Shown: positions 53,040 through 64,000 of the stretch, piece by piece | How positions within the stretch are numbered: position 1 is the first letter of the stretch | How the letters are laid out: each line of letters opens with the position of its first letter | Assembly (NCBI GenBank): GCA_032718475.1 | Contig: JAUCBJ010007147.1 | Span: 1-64,000, forward strand | DNA length: 64,000 nt | Origin: Nemertoderma westbladi | Lineage: Eukaryota > Animalia > Xenacoelomorpha | Reading direction: 5' to 3' | Made by a program: the position numbers and the translations under genes | Notes under the pieces: model-generated | Seen by the model: only the letters and a program-made list of their open reading frames with translations | Told to the model about the DNA's origin: nothing | The model's database searches: none

Positions 53040-53584
53040 TGTTAGCTTATTCAATCCCGCCAACACCCCATAAAGTTATAAGCCGATAAGCAATATTGGG
53101 AGCCACGAGATTGGGCAATTAACCAACTCGTGCCATCCCAATAAGAGTGGGAAGGAAGCACACAACAAGGGTCAGGGGCCAAACCCCTAACCCAGAGGAG
53201 ATAGGTGGAGTGAACGGGAATACTCCACGGGGCGCCAACAAGGGTATTAACCAATCAGAGGGGGGAAAGGCATCGATTGAGTAGCAATAAGGCCACCGTG
53301 CAATATAACCAATAACCTATTAATCAGTGATTCAGTTATCTCAGTGCAGCAGTGCTAGCGTAGGTTGGTAGTCAATTAGTTTAGTTAGGGGATCACGGGA
53401 CTTTAGTTACCGTATCCCGCCTTGTACACATTATATCTATATCTATATCCTATGCCCTATTATTATTATACACCGAACTTCAGAACTCAGTTACTTTGTT
53501 TCATCCTTATACACGGCGGGGACGCGTGGACTAAATTACCACACCGGATAAATCGGGATCCCTCCTGGATCCCGTCACAGACGG

Positions 53585-55038
53585 GGAGGTGGATACGCCA
53601 TATCAGAGGTGGGAGCAGCTAGAGGCGGATAGACGAGAGGCGAAGCGATTGGAAGAAATCGCTAGGCGAGAAAGGAGGGAGGCAGAAGAAAGGGAGGAGG
53701 AAGCAAGAAGGGAAAGCTACGGGTTCGAGGAACAGGCGGCCTTAGATGAACTTCGTTGGAAATCATCAGGGAGTTCGGGCGAGTCTCTAGGGCGAGAATT
53801 AGGGTGGACGGTGGGATCACCAAAACAGTCGACTTCGGGATTGCAGAAGACGCCCATTCCAGCGGGCGCCGAGGGCGATTACACACTGAGGGGGCCAGGG
53901 GAGCTGGAAGGATGGAGAATCACGGGCGAAAGCCAAGGCGGGAAGGGACACAGTGGGTCCACCGGGATACTGGGATTGGAGCCACTCCCAGAGGAGGACG
54001 AGGATGACGACGAGTTCGGAGAGATGCCGCCCATCGGGAGGATCGGCCACTCGGACACGGACTGGGTTGGCGGGAGGGTGGTGACGGCCAGTGGGGCGAG
54101 AGCCTTCTGGGATAGACCCGGCAAGCGGGCCTGGGTGCATGAGGAGCCAACGATGGATTTCGCGGGGAGCACCATCAGGTTGGTCGAGCAACCGGGAACG
54201 GCACCACGAGTAGTATTCGGAGAGACGATACCCGGGAGGGGCGAGGAGATAGACGTGGACAGGGATGCTAACGTCCAAAAGTTCACTTACCAGCGACTCC
54301 ACAGACCGAGGAGATCGCTTGGGACGAAAGACGACGTGGGGCGTGCTCGGCAGCGATTACTGCGGGAGGCAAACTCACCAGGAAAGGAGCTGTTTGTACC
54401 GATTCCAGAAAGGGACTAGTTGTCTCTACTGCCGCGAGTCGAGCCACAGGATGGGGGCGTGTCCACGGTTGCACAACCGGTGCTCTAAGTGCAACTTCCT
54501 GGGGCACTACGGATGCCAGTGCGACTGGATGGATGACGAAGAGAAGTTTAGGATCTTCGAGGAGTGGGCCGATGTCGGCGCCATGACACAGCAGCGTATG
54601 AAGGCCCAGGAGTTCCGATGGGGCTTCTTTAATATCAACCAGGAGGCCCACCTGGAGATTATTAAACGGAGACTTCCGTTTACCTACCAGGAGGTGTCAA
54701 CGGCGGCGTCGTATGCCGGGGTGATAAATACGCAGAGGTATTTGGACAGGTGGACGCCACAGAACCGAGGAGAGTTTAGAGATTTCTTGGCGGAGCATGT
54801 GCCGCGGGCGATGAAAGTGATCCTATGGGACGCCACTAGGGGGAGACAACAGGGCCATTCGGAGGGGCCACCCGCGAGGCAATACCAGGAGCTGATAACT
54901 AGAGAGGTGAGGGCGAGGGTCAGGAGTCTGAAGGGAGATAAGGCCAAGGGAGCGGCAGCGGCCAGGAAACGACCAAGGGAGGAGGATGACAGAGGGAAGG
55001 AGTTGAGATCGTTCCCAAAGTCAGGTGGAACGAACTAG
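53585..55038 (+). pseudogene. ORF3 of element A, 3' part (zinc knuckles), frameshifted
   Basis: Resumes exactly after the B TSD (E.DTPYQRWEQLE). Deletion near 54340. Confidence 0.88.
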
Positions 55039-55728
55039 AACTTGGATGTGGGATGCCTGGAAGGCACCACGTGAGAAGTACGAACTCCTAAGTGCAAAAT
55101 TTAATTAATTAAAAGTGCAATTAGTATGTACGTATATAATAATCATTAATTTAGTCAAATAAGTAAATATAATCAAATAAGTACTATAGTCATATAACCT
55201 TTTCCCATTAGCTACTGGGACTGGGGACCAATTGACTATGACAGAACGAGACACTGGACGACTTCATACTTCTTGAGTGCGACGGCACAAAGGGGGAGGG
55301 TGAGGCCCGTCAGGAGAGAGTGGGTTGAGATAGGGGTTGAGTACGGAACGCGCGGAGAGAGTGCGGGTGCAATTCAAGCGTGGGGGGGGGGGGGAGAAGT
55401 AGGAGGTAGATTGAGGGACAGGGAGGTCCGAGAGTGAGGGTTGAAGAGAAGTTAAAGTCAGTTAGAGTGGAGAGAGTGTTGGGGAAACAAAAATTGTGTG
55501 AGAGAAAGCCACAATTGGCCCGACACGGGACACCAGATGTCTTGGTGCAGATAGATAAAGTTGCACCAAGACGGGGTAGCGATATCATACCCATAGGGAG
55601 TGGCCTGGAAAGCCGGCTCGGAAAAAATAACTCCACCCCACACCCGATAGTAGATCGGGCTCCAGCGGAATTGTAGCGCACTTGAGGTAGATGCTATCTT
55701 TCCACCGGGAAGATAGAATGGGGGGGAG

Positions 55729-56301
55729 TGTTAGCGAATTCAATTCCGCTAACCACCCCATAAAGTTGGGAAAGCGGCGCCTTTAAGCAATATTGGGGAG
55801 TACGAGGTTGATTGCCAATCAACCTCGTATCACCCCCAATAAATGGGGACGACAAACCCCAAAGGGCCGCACACAATGGAGGTCAGAGGTTAAGCCTCCA
55901 GGGAGAAGGAAAGTAACAGCAGCGGGGGGGAAACACATCCCGCAGAGGTGAAGGCGAGAAGTAGGTTATCAACCAATGGGGGGACAGGAGAGGCATCATC
56001 TGAGTAGTAAGGCCAACACAGTGCAATATATTACCAGTTGGTGTTATATATTACAGTTTAGTTTACTCAGTTCAGTTAGGGCAGAACGGTAACTTTTATT
56101 ACCGTCGCCGCCACCATCACCAATTATATTACCGGTATTTACATTATACATCCATTAACTGTGCTTTGTGCTTCACTCTACTATATTCTATACATATCTG
56201 TTAATAACATCAGAACTCTTTCAATTTAACAACGAAGTCTTTCACACATGGCGGGGACGCGTAAATAAAATAACCGGTCGGGATTCTCGGATCCCGTCAC
56301 A
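55729..56301 (+). repeat. 3' LTR of element A
   Basis: Matches 28491-29063 with more differences than the B LTR pair. Followed by TSD CACAA. Confidence 0.95.
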
Positions 56302-57133
56302 CACAATTAGTTCAAACAAACTACATTTTTTACAAAACTATGTAAAATGAAATCATTTAGACAAAAAAAAATTTTAAATATGACTTTTTCCAGTAGTTCA
56401 ATAACTTCGCAAATTCGCACGAAATTCCGTAACGATCTGGTTTGTAATTCCATAACGACGGGACACCAATAAAGCTGTAACACCAAATTGATTGCTAAAT
56501 CTGCTTAAAAAGGGGGGGGGGGGGGGGGGGGGGTTCACCCCTTGTCTATTTTTCATCAGAATTTTTATAATGTGTTTTCCGATGTAAATTTTTGTGGTGA
56601 TTCCAAATCTGAAATCAGATTTTCGATAACTTGTTTTGTTTTCGAGTTATGGCAACTTTTGTTAATTTCATCTAAAATTTGAAAATTTTTAATTTTGATG
56701 CAGCACCACATTTGACACCAAAAATGACCAATAAACACCCAGAAATATCGAAATATTTTGCCATTTTCGGACGGAATCAGCGCCGAAAATTAGCCTATAG
56801 GTATGAAAACCGCAAAAGAAGATCATTTTTGAAAAATTTTAAAAAAATTTCACTTTTGGTGCATATTTGGTCAGTTGTAATCAGGAGGAAATATCAGATT
56901 CGGTTTAACATATTTTTTCCTACTAGTTCTGTAATTTTTAACCGATTTTAATTCTGTTTGCGTTTTTTCGAAGCTCCTGGTGTTGCCAACAAACGATACT
57001 ACCAGATTGATTTTTTTTTTCATTATATCAAAAGTTTCTGCATTTAGTCGAGTAGACGCTTGGTACATGTTACTGACGAACCGTTCTCCAGCGTATGACT
57101 GCAATTTTATTTGCTCATGATGTTGATCCACAT

Positions 57134-57968
57134 GGTACTAGTGTGTTATAGGTACACCCCCCCCCCCTCAATTTTTTTTACTAGCTACAGTAGTTTTTGC
57201 AATTTCTTATTATGAAATGTTCTAGAACATGAGATACATTTGAAAAAATAATAAAATGTTCTAGAACAAATATTTTTTGTTTTAAAACAAAATTTAAAAA
57301 AGCTTACAAATTTTACTTTTTGTTAGTTATGTTTTATTTGATGGAAAAGAAATTGAATTTTCTAGAATTTTCGAAATTCTTCAGCTAAGATTTGACTTTC
57401 GCCCAACAACTAGCTGAGTTTCGTTGGAAGCTTCTACACAAATAAAACCTATTTTCTGCTCTGTTGGATTTCATCAGAAAATATTACCCGCTGTCTGCAA
57501 AATAATAAATATTATACAGTATACGTATTCTAAGCATATCATTAATTTCTGAATATAATGACATCAATACAATGTATTTTTTTTATTTTAATTAGCTATT
57601 AAACCCCTATTACCACCCCCCCCCCAAACCCATCTTGCCAGCAACGATTAAAAATTATATGAAACAAATTCTAAACAAAATTAAAAAAAAAATTTATATT
57701 TTTGAACTGTTCTAGAACAAAAACTATTTGTTCTAGAACTTTTTTTTTCTAGTTCTGAATAGCTAACATGTTCTAGAACATTATTAAAAAATAAAAATAG
57801 AACATTAATTTTTTTTAAATAATTCTAGAACAAAAAATAGTTTTTCTAGAACATATATATATATTTTTTAATAGCTAACATGTTCTAGAACATGTTCATA
57901 AAAAGAAATAGCAAAAACTAGGTAGTAAAAAAAATTTGAGGGGGGTGTACCTATAACAGACTAGTGCC
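57134..57968. mobile_element. Non-autonomous DNA transposon (MITE/foldback), Merlin-like ends
   Basis: TIRs GGTACTAGTGTGTTATAGGTACACCCCC and GGGGGTGTACCTATAACAGACTAGTGCC extend imperfectly inward. Flanks ATCCACAT and ATACACAT (8 bp, 1 mismatch). Internal TGTTCTAGAACA palindromes. Confidence 0.75.
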
Positions 57969-58789
57969 ATACACATTATAACAATACATTTTCGCTATAA
58001 AGACTTTGGGAAAGGTTGAACAATTTTTTTTATTGCCGTTTGTTTGGAGGGTAAAATCATAAACAAATTACCGAAATATGTTAAGCTATGTATATAGAGA
58101 ATGTGTTAGCAACAACATTAAACATTCTAGAATATTCTGTTTAATGTGTGGCCATAAAGAGAGTTGGAGGAGACGAGTGCTTTGGCTAACATAACTAAAT
58201 AAATTGTGATTAATAGTGACATTTCGTTTTGAGAAAGATTGCCTTATCTGGATGTACTGCTTTATATTGATCCAAAAAATCCAAAACTTGGAAACCCAAG
58301 ATGCAGCGATAGCAATATGAGAAAGGACTTCTTTTGTCCTTTGGGAAACAAGATTGCCGCGATACGAAGAATTAGATGGAAATGTGAAGATTCCTTTGGA
58401 TTTGGTAGATAGATGGTGAGCTTGAAGACCTAACTATTTTGGGAACCCGATTCTATCGAAGTTGCTGCGTCAATTTTAAAGGTAAATATACGCCGCCATT
58501 TAAATATGTAGAAAATCTCCCTATTTAAGAAGATTTGTATTTTCGCTTTACAATAATTATTGTTTGAAAAGAATTTAAAAACGTCTCCATCCAATCTAAT
58601 CTAGCCACGGCCCTATCAAGCATTATTGATCATTTTATGATACTCTTTATGTAGCCCAATGCAGTAGGTAACGGTTCCGTGTGCCACTACACTTTTTAAT
58701 CATAAATAATTGTTACTATGGCAACCATGGAGAGTTCTAAAATTCTAGAGTGCTAAACCGGAGTGCTAAACAGACCATTATTGAATGTT

Positions 58790-61700
58790 TGCAAGCGGAT
58801 GTTAAAAGGGGAAAAGCCACCACCAATTTGGTCTAAAGGTCAACTAAAGACTCCCCAAGAAAGGAGACCTCGGCATACCAACAAACTATCGTGGGATCTG
58901 TCTGCTTGTGGTAGCTGCCACAATATACAATAAAATGATTCCATATAGGATTAGGCCTCACATAGAGAAACTACTGCGTAAGAGCCAAAACGGATTTCGA
59001 CCAAGTAGATCAACAATAGCTCAGATACTTGCACTACGGAGACTGATTGAAGGATTTAAGTCAAAGAATCTCCCCGCAGTCATGACTTGTGGACTTCAAG
59101 AAGGCATTCGACTCCATCCATAGAGGTAAAATGCTTGAAATCCTAAGAGCTTATGGAATACCAGAAGTAATTGTTGCTGGCATTTGGATTGTTATATTGT
59201 GACACAGAAGCGCAGGTACTCTCACCAGATGGTGAAACTGAGTTTTTCTCAATCCTTGCTGGGGTACTGCAAGGTGACAAATTAGCACCATTACTATTTG
59301 TAATTGTGCTGGATTACGCAATGAGGACGGCCACAAAGGGTGAAGATCTGGGATTCACACTTCAAGAACGCAGAAGTAGTAGATATCCGGCAACTACAGT
59401 CACATACACCGACTTTGCGGATGATATCGCCCTGCTCTCTAATACCCTAGCCGATGCACAGCTTCTACTAAATAAAGTGGAGAGGGCTGCTAAGGAGGTT
59501 GGATTGCATATAAATGCTACAAAGACCGAATTCATGACCTTTAATGTTGATGGAAACTTGACAACCATTGATAATAATCAACTAAGGAAGGTCGATGACT
59601 TCCAGTACCTTGGATCATGGATAGAGGGTAGCAAAAATGACATAGAAGTTAGGAACGCAAAGGCTTGGGAAGCTCTATCAAAAATGGATACCATCTGGAA
59701 ATCAGATCTCTCCAGACACCTGAAGACTAAGTTCTTTCGAGCCACAGTGGAAAGTGTATTTTTATACTGGGGTGAGACCTGGACACTGACTAAATCACTT
59801 GAACAACGAATTGATGGTTGCTACACAAGACTACTAAGGGCAGCCCTAAACATCAGCTGGAGACAACACTTGACAAACGCCGAGCTTTATGGTACAATAC
59901 CACCTGTATCAACCACCCTCCGTGAACGCAGATTAAGATTCCGTGGGCACTGCTGGCGAAGTAAAGACGAGGTCATACCAGATCTACTTCTCTGGCAACC
60001 AACTCATGTAAAGCGTAGTCGTGGACGACCGGCCATAACATATATAGATTGGAGGTTAGGATTTTAACTGAACGGACCACACTATACTACTCTGTACCGG
60101 TACAATTTGTGCTACTGACATAGGCCTATATGAGTGGTGATTTCAGTATTCTGTAAATTCTACAATTATCTAAGTTTAAACTCGCTACGATAACTCCATT
60201 AATTCTGTTCCTATCATGGTAGTAATACGTCGTGACTTGGTTTTCTCCATACCAGTAGTCGCGGCGTTGCTCCTACTGGTCAATGCACTCATATTTCCAG
60301 TGTCTGAAGTAATGGCGGAGAAACAAACTCAACGACGGCGGGGATGTGCTGATAAGGAATATTCCCTAAGATGCATGTATCAGAATGTGCGCTCGCTGAA
60401 TGAGAATAAAGTGTATGCTGTCAAAGAGGACATAATAGCTACAACGCTAGACTTAGTATTCATAGTCGAGCTATGGAACAACGTTGAGTTCTTGAATCTC
60501 GCCACTCCGGAGGATTACTATAATCGGCATTTGACGAGGAAAGACCGTACTGGAGGAGGGGTGGCCGTTATAGCGCACAACTCGGTGAAACTGCGAAAAA
60601 TACCCATCCCGGCTAATGAACAGTTTGAATCCTTGCTTCTAGCAACCGACAAAGAGCTTGTTCATGGGCGTTCATCGCCTCCCAAATAGTAAAAGGTATC
60701 CAACTTCAATTGTCGAGTATAAGAAAATTATTGATAGTACATTGGAAGACATGTCGTTAAAGTTCGACACAATTACTATTTTTGGCGATGCGAATTTATG
60801 GTTAGAATCTGACAAGTCGTTCCAATATCTATTGGAGACACACGGTTTCGATTTCAAGAAGACGGGTCCAACGCATAAGGACGGTCATACTCTAGATTTT
60901 GTAGCTAGCCTGGGCTATAAAATCGCTGATGTTGATCTGGATCCTATAGATGAAGTGTTTAGTGATCATGCCAGTATGCGATGGATATCGAATCTGTCCA
61001 GAAATGTCTCTAAATCTTATGAGGTACAGATAAGTTTTCGAGCCTGGAAAAACTTTGATAAGGATAAATTTATAACGGAGCTGAAAGTTAATGGATTGGA
61101 TAAGAGTAGTGGAGATTTAACATGCAAAGGGTTTGAGGCGTGTGTAAAGAACCTGAGGAATTTGTTTGAACGACATGTTCCCATGAAAGAGAAGATTGTA
61201 AAGATCAACACTAAACACTCGAAAATCAGGGAGGAAGATAGGGAGGGGATCCAGACTAAACGGAAGGAGAAGAGACGGTGTGAACTTGCGTTTCACAAAA
61301 ACGGACTGAGCAGAACAAAGTTAATTTAAATATAGCAAAGTCGGACCTAGCGAAATTGCTTCGCGATTCTACAAGGGCGTTTTACTGCGATTATATTAAT
61401 ACCAATTCGACTAACTCAAAACTTCTGTGGAAACAGTTCAAAAGGTTATTGGGAAAGGGAGGAAACCTTGTTTTACCGACTAAGCATGGCAATAGTGCTG
61501 AGTTGGCAACAAAGTTCTCACATTTTTTCACTGAAAAAATTAACACTATTATGTTGACATTCAATACGAGCAGTCGATGTAATAATCTCCCGAAATTGTA
61601 TAAAACAGACTTTTGTGAATTTCAGCCTTTTCAAGAGGAGGACTTAGCTCAACTCATAAGGAAGATGTCAAATGCAACCTGCGAACTGGACTGTATGCCA

Positions 61701-63417
61701 ACGCCTTTATTTAAATCAGTAATTCCCGTTGTTATTCAGCCCTTAACGATGTATATAAACATGGTTTTAGCAGATGCGGAATTCCCAGCCTTTCTTAAAC
61801 TGTCTATCGTAAGACCTCTCTTAAAGAAACCGGAGTTGGATGCTGAGATATTAAAAAATTATCGACCAGTGTCAAACCTTAGTTTCTTATCTAAGGTAGT
61901 TGAGAAAGTGATACTTGATAGAGCTACACCACAGCTAGCTTTTCACCAGACACAGTCTGGTTACAGACGGCACCATTCCACTGAAACTGCTAATCTATTT
62001 CTTCTAAATAAATTTCTTAAGGGAATAGAAAATCAACAAGTTACTTTGTGCTCCTATATTGATTTGAGTACGGCGTTCGACACTGTCCATCACAAAAACC
62101 TTATATTTAAGCTCAGTAAAGAATTTGGGTTCACTGGTGCTGCACTTAATCTCTTTGAGTCCTATTTAGCTGACAGACATCAATGCGTGAAAATTGATGA
62201 GAGTACATCTGATAAAACATTGCTTCAAACCGGCGTGCCTCAGGGAAGTATCCTTGGGCCAGCACTTTATAATGCATATATGACTGACCTGTTCTGGCGT
62301 GTGGATGCATTAGGAGTGAAAGGTGCTAACTATGCTGATGACACACAATTCTTTGTGACTGGATATGCTGAAGATATAGAGACCCTGAAGACTCGTATCA
62401 CTGCTGTGCTACATATTGTTGCTGCTTGGATGGACGTTAATCACCTACAAATTAACCCAGATAAAACTGAACTGATTGTATATGGCACGAAACAACAAAG
62501 AATGAAGATACCTCTGAATGCTAGAACAATTGTATACAGAAACGTTAAGATAGATTTCTCTGATAAGGTTAAATCTCTCGGAGTTGTGTTTGATAGTGAA
62601 TTGAAATTTAAAGATCAGATAGTAGCAACAGCAGCGAAATCGAAATATTATATCCGGTCTTTGTATAAAATTCGGCCTTACCTTACAACTTCAGCTCTAG
62701 AAACCCTAGTCCACGCATTCATAACCAGCAGAATCGACTATTCAAACGCTGTCCTTAAAACATCCGCTAAATCAGTAGTTAAACGTCTACAAATGATACA
62801 AAACAGCGCTGCAAGATTGGTTACTCATTCTCCACGATATCGTGTTATCAATGGACAATACAAGTACACCTCGGCAGCGGCAATGCTGAAATCCCTTCAC
62901 TGGCTGCCCATTGAATCACGGATTAATTATAAGCTTGCTTGTATCACATTTAAATGTCTGTCTGGGACTGCCCCGACTTATTTGCGCAATGAAATATCTA
63001 TCCTTGAGGATACCCGTAAGTTGCGATCCAGCAATCTCTCAAAGCTTTCTGTCCCACTTGTGAAAAACACCCTAGCATCGAAGAGCTTCTACTCGTTTGC
63101 CCCTCGTTTGTGGAATAAACTACCGCCATCGACCCGATCAACTGAATCCATGATGACCTATGACTCATTTAGGCGCGAACTGAAAACCCTTTTGTTTACC
63201 GGTAATTGTAAATTAGATTAGTGTGGCAGCTGCAGGCGCCCTGATAAGAGTGTAAATACTCCCTAAGGGCGCCTGCAACACCAAATACAAATATCATTTA
63301 TTATTATTATAGATTAACTTGAAAGGGATACTGAACTTGGGAGAAACGAAATTGTGACAACTATGGAGAATCGGGAAGCCTGGAAGGATCTCATATCCAC
63401 TGTCCGAGTTCGCCTAC

Positions 63418-63449
<32 letters not shown>
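58790..63449 (+). mobile_element. 5'-truncated RTE-like LINE (58790-60050 plus 63316-63449) split by an L2/CR1 insertion
   Basis: PKKGD, NYRGI, QNGFR, GVLQGD, FADDIALL, YLGS, RLRFRGHC, GRPAITYID. Resumes LERDTEL..MENREAWK and ends in a (TAG)n tail. Confidence 0.88.
60051..63307 (+). mobile_element. L2/CR1-group LINE: APE endonuclease plus RT, frameshifted
   Basis: YQNVRSL, RTGGGVA, GDAN, GHTLD, SDH; NYRPVSNLSFLSK, GVPQGSILGP, YADDTQ, LHWLP. 3' UTR stem-loop, (TTA)n tail and TSD TATAGATT (60043-60050 and 63308-63315). Confidence 0.92.
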
Positions 63450-63473
63450 AACACCATACAAATGTTATTTAAC

Positions 63474-64000
63474 TGTGATGGGATCCGAGAATCCTGATTT
63501 ATCCGGTGTCCAATCTACGCGTCCCCGCCGTGTGTGTGTGAAAAGAGTTCTGGATTGTTGATTGATCGGTGTATATAAGTATAGGGGTATATTATAATCG
63601 GATAAGATATGGCACAGTTAAAGTGAATGATAATATAGTGTACCGGTAAAATGGCTGAATAATGGATAACTGGTGGCAGTAGATGGAGACGGTGATTAGA
63701 GTTCCGGTACTGCCCTAACTAATGGAATGACACAACAACTGGTAATATATTGCACTGGTTGGCCGTATTACATTACTCAGTGGATGCCTTCCCCCCCATT
63801 GGCTAATAACTCACTTCTCGCCTCCCATCTCCCTGGGAGTGTTCCCCCCCCCCCGCTGCTGTTATTCTCTCTCTCGGAGGTGTAACCTCTGACCCCTTTT
63901 GTGTGTTCCCTTGGGGCCTGTTGTCCCCGTTTATTGGGGTGACACGAGGTTGACTGGTTATCAACCTCGTGCTCCCAATATTGCTTAAAGCTAACTTTGT
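63474..64000 (-). mobile_element. LTR D of the same BEL/Pao family (3' LTR or solo LTR), running off the window
   Basis: Reverse complement ends GGATTCTCGGATCCCATCACA and is most similar to LTR C. Confidence 0.88.

Larger units (their letters stand above)
39433..53579 (+). mobile_element. BEL/Pao LTR retrotransposon B, structurally complete, 14.1 kb
   Basis: 540-bp LTRs (39433-39972 and 53040-53579) with about 3 differences seen by eye. TSD GACGG at 39428-39432 and 53580-53584. Order is Gag-PR-RT-RH-IN, then ORF3. Confidence 0.96.
28491..56301 (+). mobile_element. BEL/Pao LTR retrotransposon A (pol-deleted, host of nested elements B and C)
   Basis: Paired ~573-bp TG..CA LTRs. 5-bp TSD CACAA at 28486-28490 and 56302-56306. 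Polypurine tract before the 3' LTR. Confidence 0.92.

Overview
Eukaryotic, probably invertebrate animal, repeat-rich DNA. The only host gene is an apparently intact type IB DNA topoisomerase (TOP1, about 718 aa) with two coding exons (3865-5130 and 26893-27783). Its 21.8-kb intron is mostly a ~17.4-kb array of ~600 copies of a 29-bp unit that copies the gene's own exon/intron junction, including the CAG|GTAGGT splice donor. The rest of the intron holds a rearranged RTE-like LINE and a Neptune-type Penelope remnant. Downstream (28491-56301) is a nest of related BEL/Pao LTR retrotransposons, A, B and C, and a fourth LTR (D) lies at the window end. These elements have no tRNA primer-binding site. 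Instead, the bases right after each 5' LTR are complementary to a segment inside the same LTR, with compensatory changes between elements A and B, which suggests Tf1-like self-priming. They also carry a third ORF resembling a DEDDy 3'-5' exonuclease plus three CCHC knuckles, preceded by a conserved RNA structure. The window also contains a Merlin-like MITE and an L2/CR1-type LINE inserted in an RTE-like LINE. All calls come from reading the sequence by eye; no searches were run.
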